Source of the DNA: Octopus vulgaris
Taxonomy: Eukaryota
DNA length: 64,000 nt
Direction of reading: 5' to 3'
Assembly: GCA_951406725.2 (NCBI GenBank)
Contig: OX597823.1
Span: 27,156,001 to 27,220,000 of the forward strand
Shown here: piece by piece, positions 29,599 to 42,751 of the stretch
How positions within the stretch are numbered: position 1 is the stretch's first letter
How the letters are laid out: every line of letters begins with the position of its first letter
Notes under the pieces: generated by a model
The model's database searches: none
The model's input: the letters and a program-made list of their open reading frames with translations, nothing else
What the model was told of the DNA's origin: nothing
Made by a program: the position numbers and the translations under genes

Positions 29599-30286
29599 TG
29601 TGTGTGTGTGTGTGTGAATGAGTGTATGTTTCTGTGTGAGGCTATATGTGCATGTGTGCGTTCTTGTTAAAATATATATTCAACTAAGTACGCTGAAGAC
29701 TATCTACATATCTATAATAATCATGCAAATTAAAATGCTTCAAATATTATTAAGCTTCAGCCCGCATCCTCCCTCACATCTCTCTAGAACGGTCTGCAGA
29801 AAAAAAGTGAAATACTGTAAGAGATTAATATAAAAAATCATAACTGTGTTATTGTGCAAGTTACCTCGCATGATCCTATTGAGCTGGCCTTTAATTTGAT
29901 GACTGTTCACCGGTTTAGTGCGGTGGAGTGTGTGGAGGTCCCATCCACCTTAATGGATTAGCAACTACATACAAAAATGTAGATTAAGAAGAAGCAAATA
30001 CAATAATGATCTTGCTGCGTGGAATAATGAGATACTTATAACTTTGTAGAAAGTTGGCAGCAATCAGCCACACGAAATCGGTATTGTTAATTGAGAGAAA
30101 AAGAGAAAAAAAAAAAGGGAATAAAGGTTAAGTTCTTTCTGAGCAAATGAACGATATATTTGAATTTATCGCTATTTGTTTTAGCGTAAAATACAGCAAA
30201 CAAGGAAAAACTTTTTTAACCAGTTGTAGGCCTTCTGTGTGTTGCGAGTTTATTAATGTTTATATGTATGCGAATGTGAAAGCAGC

Positions 30287-30487
30287 AGGGCTGGAAGAGT
30301 CGTTAGCAAAAATTTTAGCGGCGTTTCGTCTGTCTTAACGTTCTGAGTTCGCATTCCGTTGAGGTTGACTTCGCCTTTTATCCTTTCCGCGTCGATAAAA
30401 TAAGTACCAGTTGAAACCTGGGGTCGATGTAATCAACTTACCACTTCCCCGAAATTACTGATTTTTTGTCAAAATTTGAAGTCAATA
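30287..30487 (+). mobile_element. SINE family B
   Basis: cgttctgagttcgcattccgttgaggttgacttcgccttttatcctttccgcgtcgataaaataagtaccag...aaaatttgaa. Confidence 0.8.
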
Positions 30488-30538
30488 TGCATGTAGATGT
30501 GGGTGTAAGTATGGTGTCATACATACACATGCACACTC

Positions 30539-30601
<63 letters not shown>

Positions 30602-30809
30602 ATGAAATGGATAAATGAATTATCTTGTTACGGATTATTCAAAATTTAACCGATACCTGTGTAGCAAAAATCACACCAGAAAAGATACGGTTGAGGTTAC
30701 GACCATGGGGTTTCGCCCCCGTGCTTTAGCGCGGATAATTGAAGTTTTATATATTTAGTGAAGGGAAGAAATGGAGCCGAACGAAGATTCTACAAAATTC
30801 CCTTTTATT

Positions 30810-30895
30810 ATTTTCTACACATGTTTCAAAGGCTGCAAATTCCCAAATTCGGATTGAATAAGGAGACCAATCTGTAGCTTTCTCTTCAGGAAAAT
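30810..30895 (-). ncRNA. Type I hammerhead motif (left arm)
   Basis: Reverse complement of 31933-32018. Confidence 0.7.
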
Positions 30896-31932
30896 CCAGG
30901 AATTTAAAATCTCAAAACAAATGCGCAGCAAGCTTTTCGAACAAAACGCTCCCTAGGAGCCCATGGTAAAAATGGCACAAAACTGTCTCTCAATATGCGC
31001 TGATGTCAGAGTGGGTGAAGGCCGACGAAAAAATCCGTTGGAATAAACCTAGGTCAAACCACGGTCAAATCAGGTAGGGGAAGAATCACAGAAAACCCAA
31101 AGATTGTGAATATATTCTGTATAACTAGTGTTAATGTTCGATTTTATCGGTGGCTGTACCGTTTGATAGGGGCAAAAGAATCTGTAATCTCTGCAACTCT
31201 GAGCTTTTTCACATTTTGTTCGCCCGAGGGCAGCTAGTGAACGGGATTTTGCAACACTCTTTCAGATGTCCCCACTGGAGGCGACTGACATTTCTTGCAT
31301 ACAATTGAAGCCTAAGATAATTAACACCTTGATGTCATAAGAAAAGAAAAGAATTGTTTGGAAGAAATTTGGAAAAAATTTTGAATTAAATTTGAAAGGG
31401 GAAATTACTCCCCTTTTAGCGTATGTTCTGCTACTTTTTTTAGAAACAATATCAGGGATTATACTCCCCTGTTTTTTGACAAGTCATCTGTATATAAACT
31501 GGTCATAGACGAACACACAGACACAGAATTTTATCAGCCGCTTGACCAGCAATGCCTACAATACAATATATTTTCTCTCTAGCTGCTTCCTAACATACTT
31601 CCACACATACATAGACGCATACACACACACATACATGTAGGTAGTTCCTCACACCCAAATAAGATAGCTGTCATTCTTAAAACAATTTGAACATTAACAC
31701 TAGTTATACAGAATATATTCACACTCTTTGGGTTTTCTGTGATTCTTCCCCTACCTGATTTGACCGTGGTTTGACCTAGGTTTATTCCAACGGATTTTTT
31801 CGTCGGCCTTCACCCACTCTGACATCAGCGCATATTGAGAGACAGTTTTGTGCCATTCTTACCATGGGCTCCTAGGGAGCGTTTTGTTCGAAAAGCTTGC
31901 TGCGCATTTGTTTTGAGATTTTAAATTCCTGG

Positions 31933-32018
31933 ATTTTCCTGAAGAGAAAGCTACAGATTGGTCTCCTTATTCAATCCGAATTTGGGAATTTGCAGCCTTT
32001 GAAACATGTGTAGAAAAT
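31933..32018 (+). ncRNA. Type I hammerhead motif (right arm)
   Basis: ATTTTC-CTGAAGA-GAAAGCTACA...TGCAGCCTTT-GAAA-CATGTGTA-GAAAAT. Confidence 0.72.
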
Positions 32019-32070
32019 AATAAAAAGGAATTTTGTAGAATCTTCGTTCGGCTCCATTTCTTCCCTTCAC

Positions 32071-32170
<100 letters not shown>

Positions 32171-34029
32171 TGTGTATGTGTGTGTGTGTGTGTATATGTA
32201 TACGAACGTATGTCTGTGTCTATGAATCTTTGTGTGTTTGTGTATATTATATATGTCTGCAAATTGCTGCAGGCTTAATTTGTTAAAATCTACTCTGAAA
32301 TTTTGTTGGTAAGACATTAGAAAATAGAATATACTATTTCTAGCAGCTGTTCTGTCTAGATTTTGCAGAATGCATTTGCGGGAGATTCAAAACAATTCTG
32401 TTGTATTATAACATTGGGGCATGAAATTATTTCATAAAATATTCCATACCCTTATTTACTTGACATTATTTGTACTTACAACAGTCCACTCACGGTACCC
32501 TCTGTTGACCAATGAATTCGGTTTTAGTTACTTGTCTATCATCAGCATATTTATATGTTACCACGTCTTCGAAGAAGTATTTTAATGCGGTCAGAACCAG
32601 TGGATACACACCGTAGTCGTGTCAGAAATTTGTATTGTTTGATTGGATATCTGCGTAGTTGCTTCATCCAGAGACAGGTTTGAAATGTCAAGGCGATTTC
32701 GCGGAATATCTTTTGAGTCGGGGCAGTCTTTTTAGAACCATATCTAATTTTATTATCCGAATTGTTGTTCTACACGTTAATATTATGGATTTAACTTTTG
32801 ATATATCCGACATCCGAAACAACACATCTAATGTAGTTTGATTTTTATTCCACATACGGTTGATTTAATGTCCGAAAAACATGCAACAACATTGTAACAT
32901 CAAAGTAGGCGAGAAATATGTTGGTTTCTAATAAGTTACACTGTGTCGTTTTGCAACAAAAATCATGCGAAAATTTATTTTTCACTGCGTAAAAGAATAG
33001 AAAACACTGGGGCAAATCTTTGGTACAAAAGAAAGTGGCGTCGTCTTTAAACAGTCTTTACTATGTCATAAGCCATTCTCTATAACGTGCAATGAATTTT
33101 TTTGACAGAATTTATTGAATGATAAAGCTCCATCCTCGCGTGATCATGTCGAAGAACGGCACCTAGTGACGTCTTTGATATTTTAGGAGTTTGGTTGGAT
33201 AATACAAAGTTGGTTTCATGTTTTTTTCCTTTGTGTATATTTTAAAGGTTTCATTTTGTCGAATAAATAGAGGCATAGGCTTCAAAACCACAAAGAGCCG
33301 GAAAGCTGCCGCAAAGTACTTTGTCTAACGCTCAAACAATTCTGTCACTTATTATCATAGACTGGTATTTTATTTCTACGACTCCAGAAGGATGACCGCG
33401 ACAATTGACTTCGGCAGGAATTGAATTTGCTGGAACAAATTCTACGAGACACATACTCTCAGCTAATTCGATGCTTAAAAGTATGTTACAAGGCTACAGT
33501 TTCAATTAATAGAATCATGATAGTAGTTTCAGAGACATCTGCTTGAAGATAAACAGCATAAATTCATTGACTTTAGACTTGGCAAACTCCGTGATAACTG
33601 TCTTTAAATCATTGGTTGAAATCATTGTCACGTCTGCGAGTAGAAACGAAATATTAATTTAGAGTTGTATTCTTTTAGAAAAAAGCATAAAACCCACCAG
33701 GAGCAACTCGTGATACGAGATAAGGATTGTTTATTAATAGAGATCGCATTTCGTTAAATAACATTAAATATGAGTGATCAGGGGATTGTTCGTTATGGTT
33801 CGTTTGCTAAGCTAGAATACTGATAAATTTAGCATAAAATTAACTTTTATCATAATTCTGTTTCAAATTAAGTATGAGAAAAAATTGTCGGTTTCGAAGA
33901 GTTTACACTGTGAAGTATCGCGACAAAACTCATGCGAAAATGTGTTTTCAGCTGCGTGAAAGAATAGAAAATGTGTAGCAGCTTCCCACATTGACCAGAT
34001 CCTAAAATTCATTGTATCTCACTTTTAAA

Positions 34030-34400
34030 TTTCAAGCATGTTACAATAATGAAGTTGTGTTTATCAGTATGTCCAAAGGAATATATTAACTGGACATACC
34101 AACTCTTAAGCGTACTGTCAGTAAGGCCCTTATAACTTTTCACCGCCGTCTGTGAATGTCACCTTCACACGGTATGCGAATGCCATTGTGAGGTGTATAT
34201 AGAGTGTCATATTAAGGCAGGTGCACCTAAGTGGCAGATTTTGAAAACTTCTACATGTAGAATTAATATTGTAGCTTCTGGTTATTGCAAGATTCAGATT
34301 TGGGATACAACTGAAGCCAATTTTAATATTATTTTTATTGAGCAGCATTTGATAGAAATGTTTGCGCGAAAAGTACTCACGATGGCACATAGAATTTGAG
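34030..34400 (-). mobile_element. Decayed Penelope-like linker/GIY-YIG fragment (second PLE lineage)
   Basis: LLNKNNIKIGFSCIPNL (cf. IFNRNT.K.SYSC.PN), CTC, AYRVKV and, after a frameshift, YKGLTDSTLKSWY (YIG.T...FK.RY). Confidence 0.55.
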
Positions 34401-35207
34401 GGGAGAGTTACATGTAGAGATATATGTTCATCTAGAAATTAATGGTTTCTACAGTATAGCTCTCACCATACTGACTAACATACACATAATTATGATTTAT
34501 CTTCTTTTGAATAACTTTCAAACCCAGTAGGTGTTCCTCTCTGTTTCTAAGATATATTAGTGTCATCATTTGTTTGTGTAAATTGTTGTTGTTGTAGACA
34601 TCAGTGTTAGCTGGTTTTAAAGCTTGTAGTTTCTGGTGTCACTTTTGAATTTCACTTGTTAAATAATATGCAATAAGAATTTAGTTTGTTCACATTTGTA
34701 TGTGCTACGTGGCTGGTATGATCGGTTGTAGGGGATAGTAGATGTTGTACTGGTCGTGTTGTATTCTTGGGTTGCGACGGAATAGAATATAAGCTATGGG
34801 GGCTTTCGTGTTGTGGTATTAGATATCAATTATGAATAGCATACGTTATTTTATTGGATTTTTACCTGCTAAAAATGTTTTGTTCGGTTGCATAAAATAT
34901 TGTTCGATATTAATCCCGTACAATAAGCATTGCGCGTAGAAATTATACTTTGAATTGCATTCCAGTTGTCATTTTTATGCCGCTTTCAAAATCCTTGTAA
35001 TTCGACTGTTTCTCCGCCTTTGGGCAATGTTTTGATCAAAAGTGACCGAAATGCATATCAGAGTATGGCTATACTTGTTGCGATCCATAATATTTATATC
35101 TAGACGATCTAGCCTTTTCTCTTTGCCTCTATGGACACATTGTGACTATGCCGTTGTCATGTATCATAAACGTTATGTTTCTACCACAGCTTGTATTTAT
35201 ATAAAAA

Positions 35208-35606
35208 CTAGCAGTATCGCCCGGCGTTGCTCGGGTTTGTTAGGGAAATAACTATATAAGCATTTTTAGAGATGTAAAGTATAATAGCCATCTCAATATG
35301 GTTAACCACAAAGGGGGGGGGGTGTTACTGTTGCTTTTTACGTTCTGAGATTTAATAATAAACTTTTAGAGAGTTACTTCCCTTATATATGCCAAGAATG
35401 CATTAAAAATGGGAAAAATTGATGGTAATTCTATTTTTAATTCGTAGACTCATCGTAGACGCGCGCTAATACCCAGAAAGGCTCGATATGAATCACGACT
35501 ATAGGATACCCGGGTTTGGTTAAACTGTACCGCAAAATGTGGGAGTAGTTAGGAATCTAAATCGTAGGAGACAGACAGCACACAACCTCACTTTTATATA
35601 TAAAGA
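35208..35606 (-). mobile_element. Non-autonomous Helitron (~400 bp)
   Basis: Minus strand reads A|TCTTTATATATAAAAG...CCCGAGCAACGCCGGG (hairpin)-cgatactg-CTAG|T: 5' TC, subterminal hairpin, 3' CTAG, inserted between A and T without TSD. Confidence 0.82.
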
Positions 35607-36011
35607 TATGAACTTAGCAGCCGACTCAATCTCGTCTGTGAATATAATCGAGCACAGAAATGACTGGATAGCAAGAAATGATGTCGTCAGTTGTTTCATT
35701 GTAGCGGTTGAACAATCTGCACTTGATCATAGCTACTGTTTTCATTATTCTATTTTTGTAATTATTTGTGGTTAAGCATTGGTCAAATACACCTTTTGTT
35801 TATGCTTTTATCCTGAAGCATTTTAGCCATTACTTGCTTTTTCTCTGTCTTTGGTTTCGTCGAGTCTTGCCGAGCTTTGGTTTTAGAGTGGTTTTTAACT
35901 ATTTTTTGTGCTGTACTCATTTTCTGCTTTTTTTCTTTGAATATATTTTTCTTTTAAGTCATTGGCTTCTATTTTGTAATTGACAATTTCCTTATGGTGG
36001 TATGTATGTGC

Positions 36012-36047
<36 letters not shown>

Positions 36048-36230
36048 ATACATACATATATATATGTACACATATACATATATATATATGCACACATATA
36101 TACACATACATATATGCATGTGTGTGTCGGTGTATCTGTGTGTGTATACCTATATAAGTACATATATACACACACATATATATACACATATACATGCATG
36201 CATATATATATATATATCAATATATGAATG

Positions 36231-36283
<53 letters not shown>

Positions 36284-36494
36284 GTACATGTATATGTAAG
36301 TGTATATATGTGTGTGTGTATATACTAAAGCGACTGAGGGGGCTTTTCAGCACCAATATTAATAGAAATAAGAGTCAAAACAGATCATTGTTACAATAAC
36401 ACACCATCTTATTTACTGACACGAGAAACAAGCTCTCTAAGTACCAGGCATTTTTTATTGAAAAATTGCTAATAAGCCACTCTTATATTATCTA

Positions 36495-36591
<97 letters not shown>

Positions 36592-36842
36592 ATCTTTTTG
36601 TGTTTCTCTATTGTGGTCCCCTATTAGCGTTGTTCTTCCTGAATATTCTATTTATATCAACTTCAAATTGATGCCTCGGAAAGTTGTCCGTCGTTTGCTG
36701 TTTTTGTTCTTTTCTCATGTTCTATTTCGTTAATATTTAGTTTATTGAACGGACATAGAAGCAATTATGAGGATAAACAGATTAGATATATTATATATCT
36801 GTAAATATATAAGGCAGGATGTGTGTGTGTGTGTGTGTGTGT

Positions 36843-36882
<40 letters not shown>

Positions 36883-37215
36883 ACGTGAATGTAGTTTATA
36901 CACATCCACAAATTAGCACGCATGTTGCACAAATTTTAGGAGGACATTCGTCACGATCCTAGTTGTATTTTCGTCAAATTATTTTCCCCCGAGGCTCCCG
37001 CGAATAGGGGTAAATAATTTTGAGCCATAACTTCTAACAATTTTCACGGCGGAGAAATTCACCATTGTTTACAAACCAAACATGAGTTAAGTCCCCTTCT
37101 AGCGACGGTATAAAGTGAGGGAGGGAGAGGGAGAGAGAGAGAGAAAGAGAGAGTGATAACCGATTTTTAAAATTTATTTTCGGGAGTGATTGACAGACAG
37201 GGGTTGTTATGTATG

Positions 37216-37246
<31 letters not shown>

Positions 37247-38632
37247 GTATGTATGTGTGAATGGCTTCAGTCACACACACACGCATACACACGAGCATGT
37301 ATGCGTACAAAATACATGCATGCAATGTGTGTGCGTATGTTGCCCGTATATATATATATATATATACACACATACACACAATATAAACGATATTCTCCGT
37401 TTCTCCACAACTAATTTCCAAATTAGCTGAATCTGTTGCTCTACTCATAGTGATATATAGCTGGTCGTGCGTGAATATGGGTGAGACCAGAGTTTACCAG
37501 AGCAAAGGTCCTACGCGTTGACTGTAGACACGCTCCTTCGCAAACGATCAGCTATTACTTTGTAAACAATGTTTCTTCCTGTTACAAAACTTACGTCCAG
37601 GTGCCAAATTTGCTTTAATTGATGGTATTACTCGGGTAGGAGGTGGTGGTGGGACAGTGGCAGGGGCAAAGGCGTGCAAAAGCATGTATGCAATAGGTGT
37701 ATGTACGTATATGTTTGTGTGTGTGTGTGTGTGCGCGTGTGTGTGCGTGTGTGTGTGTGTGTGCGTATGTGTGTGTGTTGCCCATATATATATACTTAGT
37801 TGTGTGTGTGTGTTGCCCATATATATACTTAGTTGTGATCTGAACATAACCGCTTCTCACAGAGAGGATCGGGCGCCCTTTTGGGCGTTCTATTTTCCTT
37901 GCTGGAAGGGTTCTCAACCCATGGGCAAAGTGGGGTTACATGATGGTAGTGGTGTTTTCAAAAGGGTTGACATATGCAACCTGATCACCTCTGCCGATCT
38001 AACTCCCAACCCATGCGCTCCCGTCGCAACACTGATTCTGCAGTAATGAGTTGGTATGAAAACCAACTTTAAAGTATAAATATAGATGTTTTTTGAATCA
38101 GCAATATTCGGTTAAGTCCTATTTGGGATGAAAAATCAATAAACTATTTCCTTATGGGGTTTTCCATTTAATCAGGATTTAAAAAATCGACAAACCGATT
38201 CCTTATAGGACTTCCCACTAAGATTGGTTACACCCCATGTTTTCAGTGTTTCACCCTAGTCATATTTAGTGACATTTGCAATTCTCCTTTTTAGTGAAAC
38301 ATTGTAAACTGCTGCTTATATTAATTTTCTTTATACACATTAGTGAATCGCTAAATCATCCAATTATTTGGATGACGACAACATAGATGCTAATGGCGAA
38401 GCGAATCCGGAAAGAGCCGATGATGAACTTTCTTAATTGATGAGGCAACGGACACTGCCTAAGCTGACGCGTCAGTATTAAGAATCCTCCATCGGCAGTT
38501 TTCGGACGATTATGGTCCCTGTTAGTCTATATGTTTCCATTCACGTGTGTTAACTGCAGTGTTACAGCGATTTAGCTTTTCTTTCAAGCAATGTAGGTGT
38601 TTCCTAACACCCAAGTCACATTTAGTGACATT

Positions 38633-38702
<70 letters not shown>

Positions 38703-38725
38703 GTGTGTGTGTGTGTGTATGTATG

Positions 38726-38756
<31 letters not shown>

Positions 38757-40440
38757 GAATGTATATTTATAATATATGTATGTATAATATGCTTAGGGAA
38801 AATATACGAAGAGAACAGGAAACAGCAAAAATATTTATGAAGTAATATGTGTATATATATGTGCGTATCCATACATGTATGCGTGTTTATGTGCATGAGT
38901 GTATGTATTTGAGTGTATAGGAAATAGAAAAAATAGGAATAATAATTTTTATATTTTTTGACATAAAATTCGGAAGACTACAAGAATATGGAAAGAAAAT
39001 ATTCATAAAAAAGTAATTCTTAATCGAATGTAAATTCAGAGAAAAATGTAAAAGAGCAGGGAAGGAGAAAAATTAGAAAAGAAGATGACGAAGAAGAGAA
39101 AGAGAGAGAAAGAGAGAGAGAGAGAGAAAGGGAGAGAGATGAGGAATAAGAAATGTATGAGTGAAGGTTAACACGTATCTGTTGTGTAGCGCTGCTTGCT
39201 TTCTTTGAGAGTTACAAGTGGGGTGGAAATAATAATAAGTTTAGAGAAATAGAGATACAACTTGAATGATTTTCGGACGATGAACTGTTTTTTGATAAGG
39301 TTTATCAAATCTGCCACCCATCCTGTAATATTTATGTATCAACTAGTAGTATATTGGCAAGCAATATGTATTGTATAACTATATCGATTTCCCTCAATAT
39401 GTTGGAAGAAGTATGGTCGATTGATTCGTATATGATTTCTTTTTAAACCGATAACAGACTGTTAATGGAAAACAGCAATAAATAAATATATAAAGACAAG
39501 TTAGATCGAAATAGTTAGATAATGAAATGAGTGGTGAAGAAAAAGGAGCGAAAGGAATGACTATACAAAAGGTCTTATGGAGAGAAAAAAGACAACAGAT
39601 AAGATATAGAATAGAAAGAGTTGAAGCATGGTTATCGATGTATGAGTGATTATACCACGGGTATTAAACAATATAGTATAGGAAATATCTAAATATTTGG
39701 AGAAAAGTTACAAAGATAAGCCTGGTAAGGCGCAGTAAAACAAAACTGCAACAAATAAAGTGAGATGTAAAACTTTAGCTCGGAAATGCATCCATAGCCA
39801 TATATGGGAATAGTTACATTTTGCACCATTATCTTTTAAACCATCTCCATCTATGATGCTAAGTTAACGAAGATAGCGAAAATATGCGAGGTAGTTCATG
39901 TGATATATACACGTCATTTTCAACAAATAGGAGGAAAATAGCAACTGTCAGTGATAATAACATCGTTATTTACACAGTTTGTGGTGTAAACATTCTTAAC
40001 AGGTATTCCAGAAAGAGAGCACGTCCAGTTTTGAGCTCAATATTTCAAGCTACAGTAAGGTAGAATCGTTACCACGGCGGAGGAAATGTTTAGCGGCTTA
40101 TTGTCCGCTTTCACGTTCTGAGTCTGCTTCTGCAAAATCTTTTCGAACATGTGATTTACCAAGACATTGTTATTGAGTTTAAAAATGATCTGGCGACGTG
40201 AAAATTTGGCATTATACTAAAAGGAGGGTTGAACCATATGATTTGCTTTTTTTCTTGTTCTTGCTGCGGCTATTTGCAATATTTTTGTGTGTGACGTTAA
40301 AAAGTTTGCTTCACCACACGTGATTTTGGGTCCCGTCTCACTGCACAACTACAGCGCCGGAATGACCAATACCTATTTCTTTACTACCCACAAGGGGCCA
40401 AACACAGATGGGACAAACAATGACAGACAAAATGGAACAA

Positions 40441-40600
40441 CTCGATTACATCGACCCCAGTGCGTAGCTAGTACTTATTTAATCGACCCCGAAAGGATGA
40501 AAGGCAAAGTCGACCTCAGCGGAATTTGAACTCAGAACGTAGCGGCAGACGAAATACTGTTAAGTATTTCGCCCGGCGTGCTAACGATTCCGCCAGCTCA
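40441..40600 (-). mobile_element. SINE family B
   Basis: Minus strand gagctggcggaatcgttagcacgccgggcgaaatactta...gagttcaaattccgctgaggtcgactttgcctttcatcctttcggggtcgat. Confidence 0.85.
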
Positions 40601-41907
40601 TACCTGAGAGTGAACTTGTCGGCGGAGACTGGAAAAATTGTACACACACACACACACACATATTTGTATGTATATGTATATATGTGTGCGGGTGAGTGCG
40701 TACGCATGTGTTTGCGTTTGCGTTCGTGTCTTGTGCTTGTCCTTCACCGTTTGTTTACGTCGTCGTAACTTAGCGAATCATCAAAAGACTAGATAAAATA
40801 AGTATAGTGGTGTCCCAAAATGGTCTGAATTAAGCAAAAGAAACGTAAATGTTCTTTAAAGCAACTGTTTTTTTTTTATTTTTGTGTATTTCTAACGACG
40901 TAGTTGTAAGTGTCTTTTGCTTGTCAGCTATTCATTTACTAATGTTAGAAATGACCTTTAAATACGGAAGTCAAGCAAATAATAGTCACGTTGCGTTTTC
41001 TCTATAAGAATTTAGGATTACATATACAAATAAACATTAATATCGTTGTAACAGTTAAACCTCAGATCGAACGCTAGTGCCAGAGATAAAGGCTATTCCA
41101 GCCGTGACAATGCCGTATTTTTCGTAAGTACATGAAACCCAGGATCACATCATTCAAAGTGTTTTCTATTTATTAAGGCATGGTATGACCTGAGTGCTTA
41201 AAAGTCCTTTCATTGGTTCGTAAAATATTAATATTCAAGCACCTACTTTCGTTTTGAAGTTAAAATCATTAAAAGTGAAAATTGTTCATTCCTAAGGCTA
41301 TCTTGCTGGTGATAATCTCAAGAGGAAACATAAGCAGTCTAAAGCGTCTTTAAAACACCGTTCACAAGAATCATTATTTTCTTCTGGTCGAGTTTACAAT
41401 GAATAAACCTACACTCAAAAATGTACTGTTATCAAAACCGTTCATCGTATAATCGTGTGCTATAAAATGAATCCTGTCAATAAAATGAATACCAGTCAAG
41501 TTCTGGTTTCGATGGTATTGTGTAACTCCATCCCTTCCAAATTGCTGGCCTAATGAGAAAATCTAGAAGAATTATTATAGTTACTTAATTAGTTAGTTAT
41601 TATTGCTACTATGCTCGTGTCGGAAAAAAAGATGTCCGTTTTGCTAATAATAGAGAATGTCGCTTCAACACAATGGGAAAAACCATTAATAAATGTCAGT
41701 AACCCAGTAAATATATGTCCGTACACAGAGTTGCAACACATGAAGAATCAGATACGATTGAAACATGTCGGCTGAAAATATCATCCACATAATGTATGTA
41801 CGTATGTGCAAATACACACACACACACATATTACACACATATATATGTATATATATGTATGCATATATGTATGTTTATACGTATGTATATGTACATATAT
41901 ATGTATG

Positions 41908-41949
<42 letters not shown>

Positions 41950-42076
41950 TATAAATGCATTTAAGCATACATAAATACATATATGCATACATATAGGTAT
42001 ACATATATGTATATATGTATATATGCATACATATAGGTATACATATATGTATATATGTATATATGCATACATATAG

Positions 42077-42154
<78 letters not shown>

Positions 42155-42751
42155 TATATATTTATATACGCCACCACGAAGTATAGCCTCTGGCCGTATG
42201 TGAATTTGGTAGACGGAAACCGGAAGAATCTCGTCATATATATATATATATATATATATGCATATATAAACATAGGACGTTACGAACAGTGCATACAATA
42301 TGAAATACGTAAAAGCAGGACAAGTAAACACAGATATCAGGACCCTTCATCAGTTGTTAGCTGTCTATCTACTCCTCTACTCCTCATTTCGAGCACTAAA
42401 CGACAATATGAGTCTTCAAATACAGTTGCTCCCATACATTCTAAAATACAATTTAGGATGTATGCAGCGTCTGCTTACACGAGACCATCGTGAATCTTTC
42501 TTTTCCTCACGTAAACATCATTCCTTTCCTGCGCAGACGTTTAGAAGACTGGACGTTGTTTTATTTCTGTCTCTTCTATCTTTTCTCTTTTCAAAGAAAA
42601 TATTTCTCCCAGCATTCACTAGTTTCCTCTTGTTCTGGTCTGATGATTCTCCATATCTGTTTTCGTTGGGTTTCCTTGTATATCTCCACTGTCCTGTTTT
42701 TGTTCTCAACTTTAACTCTCCATAACTCCTGAATTTTACGTTAGAGTTTAT

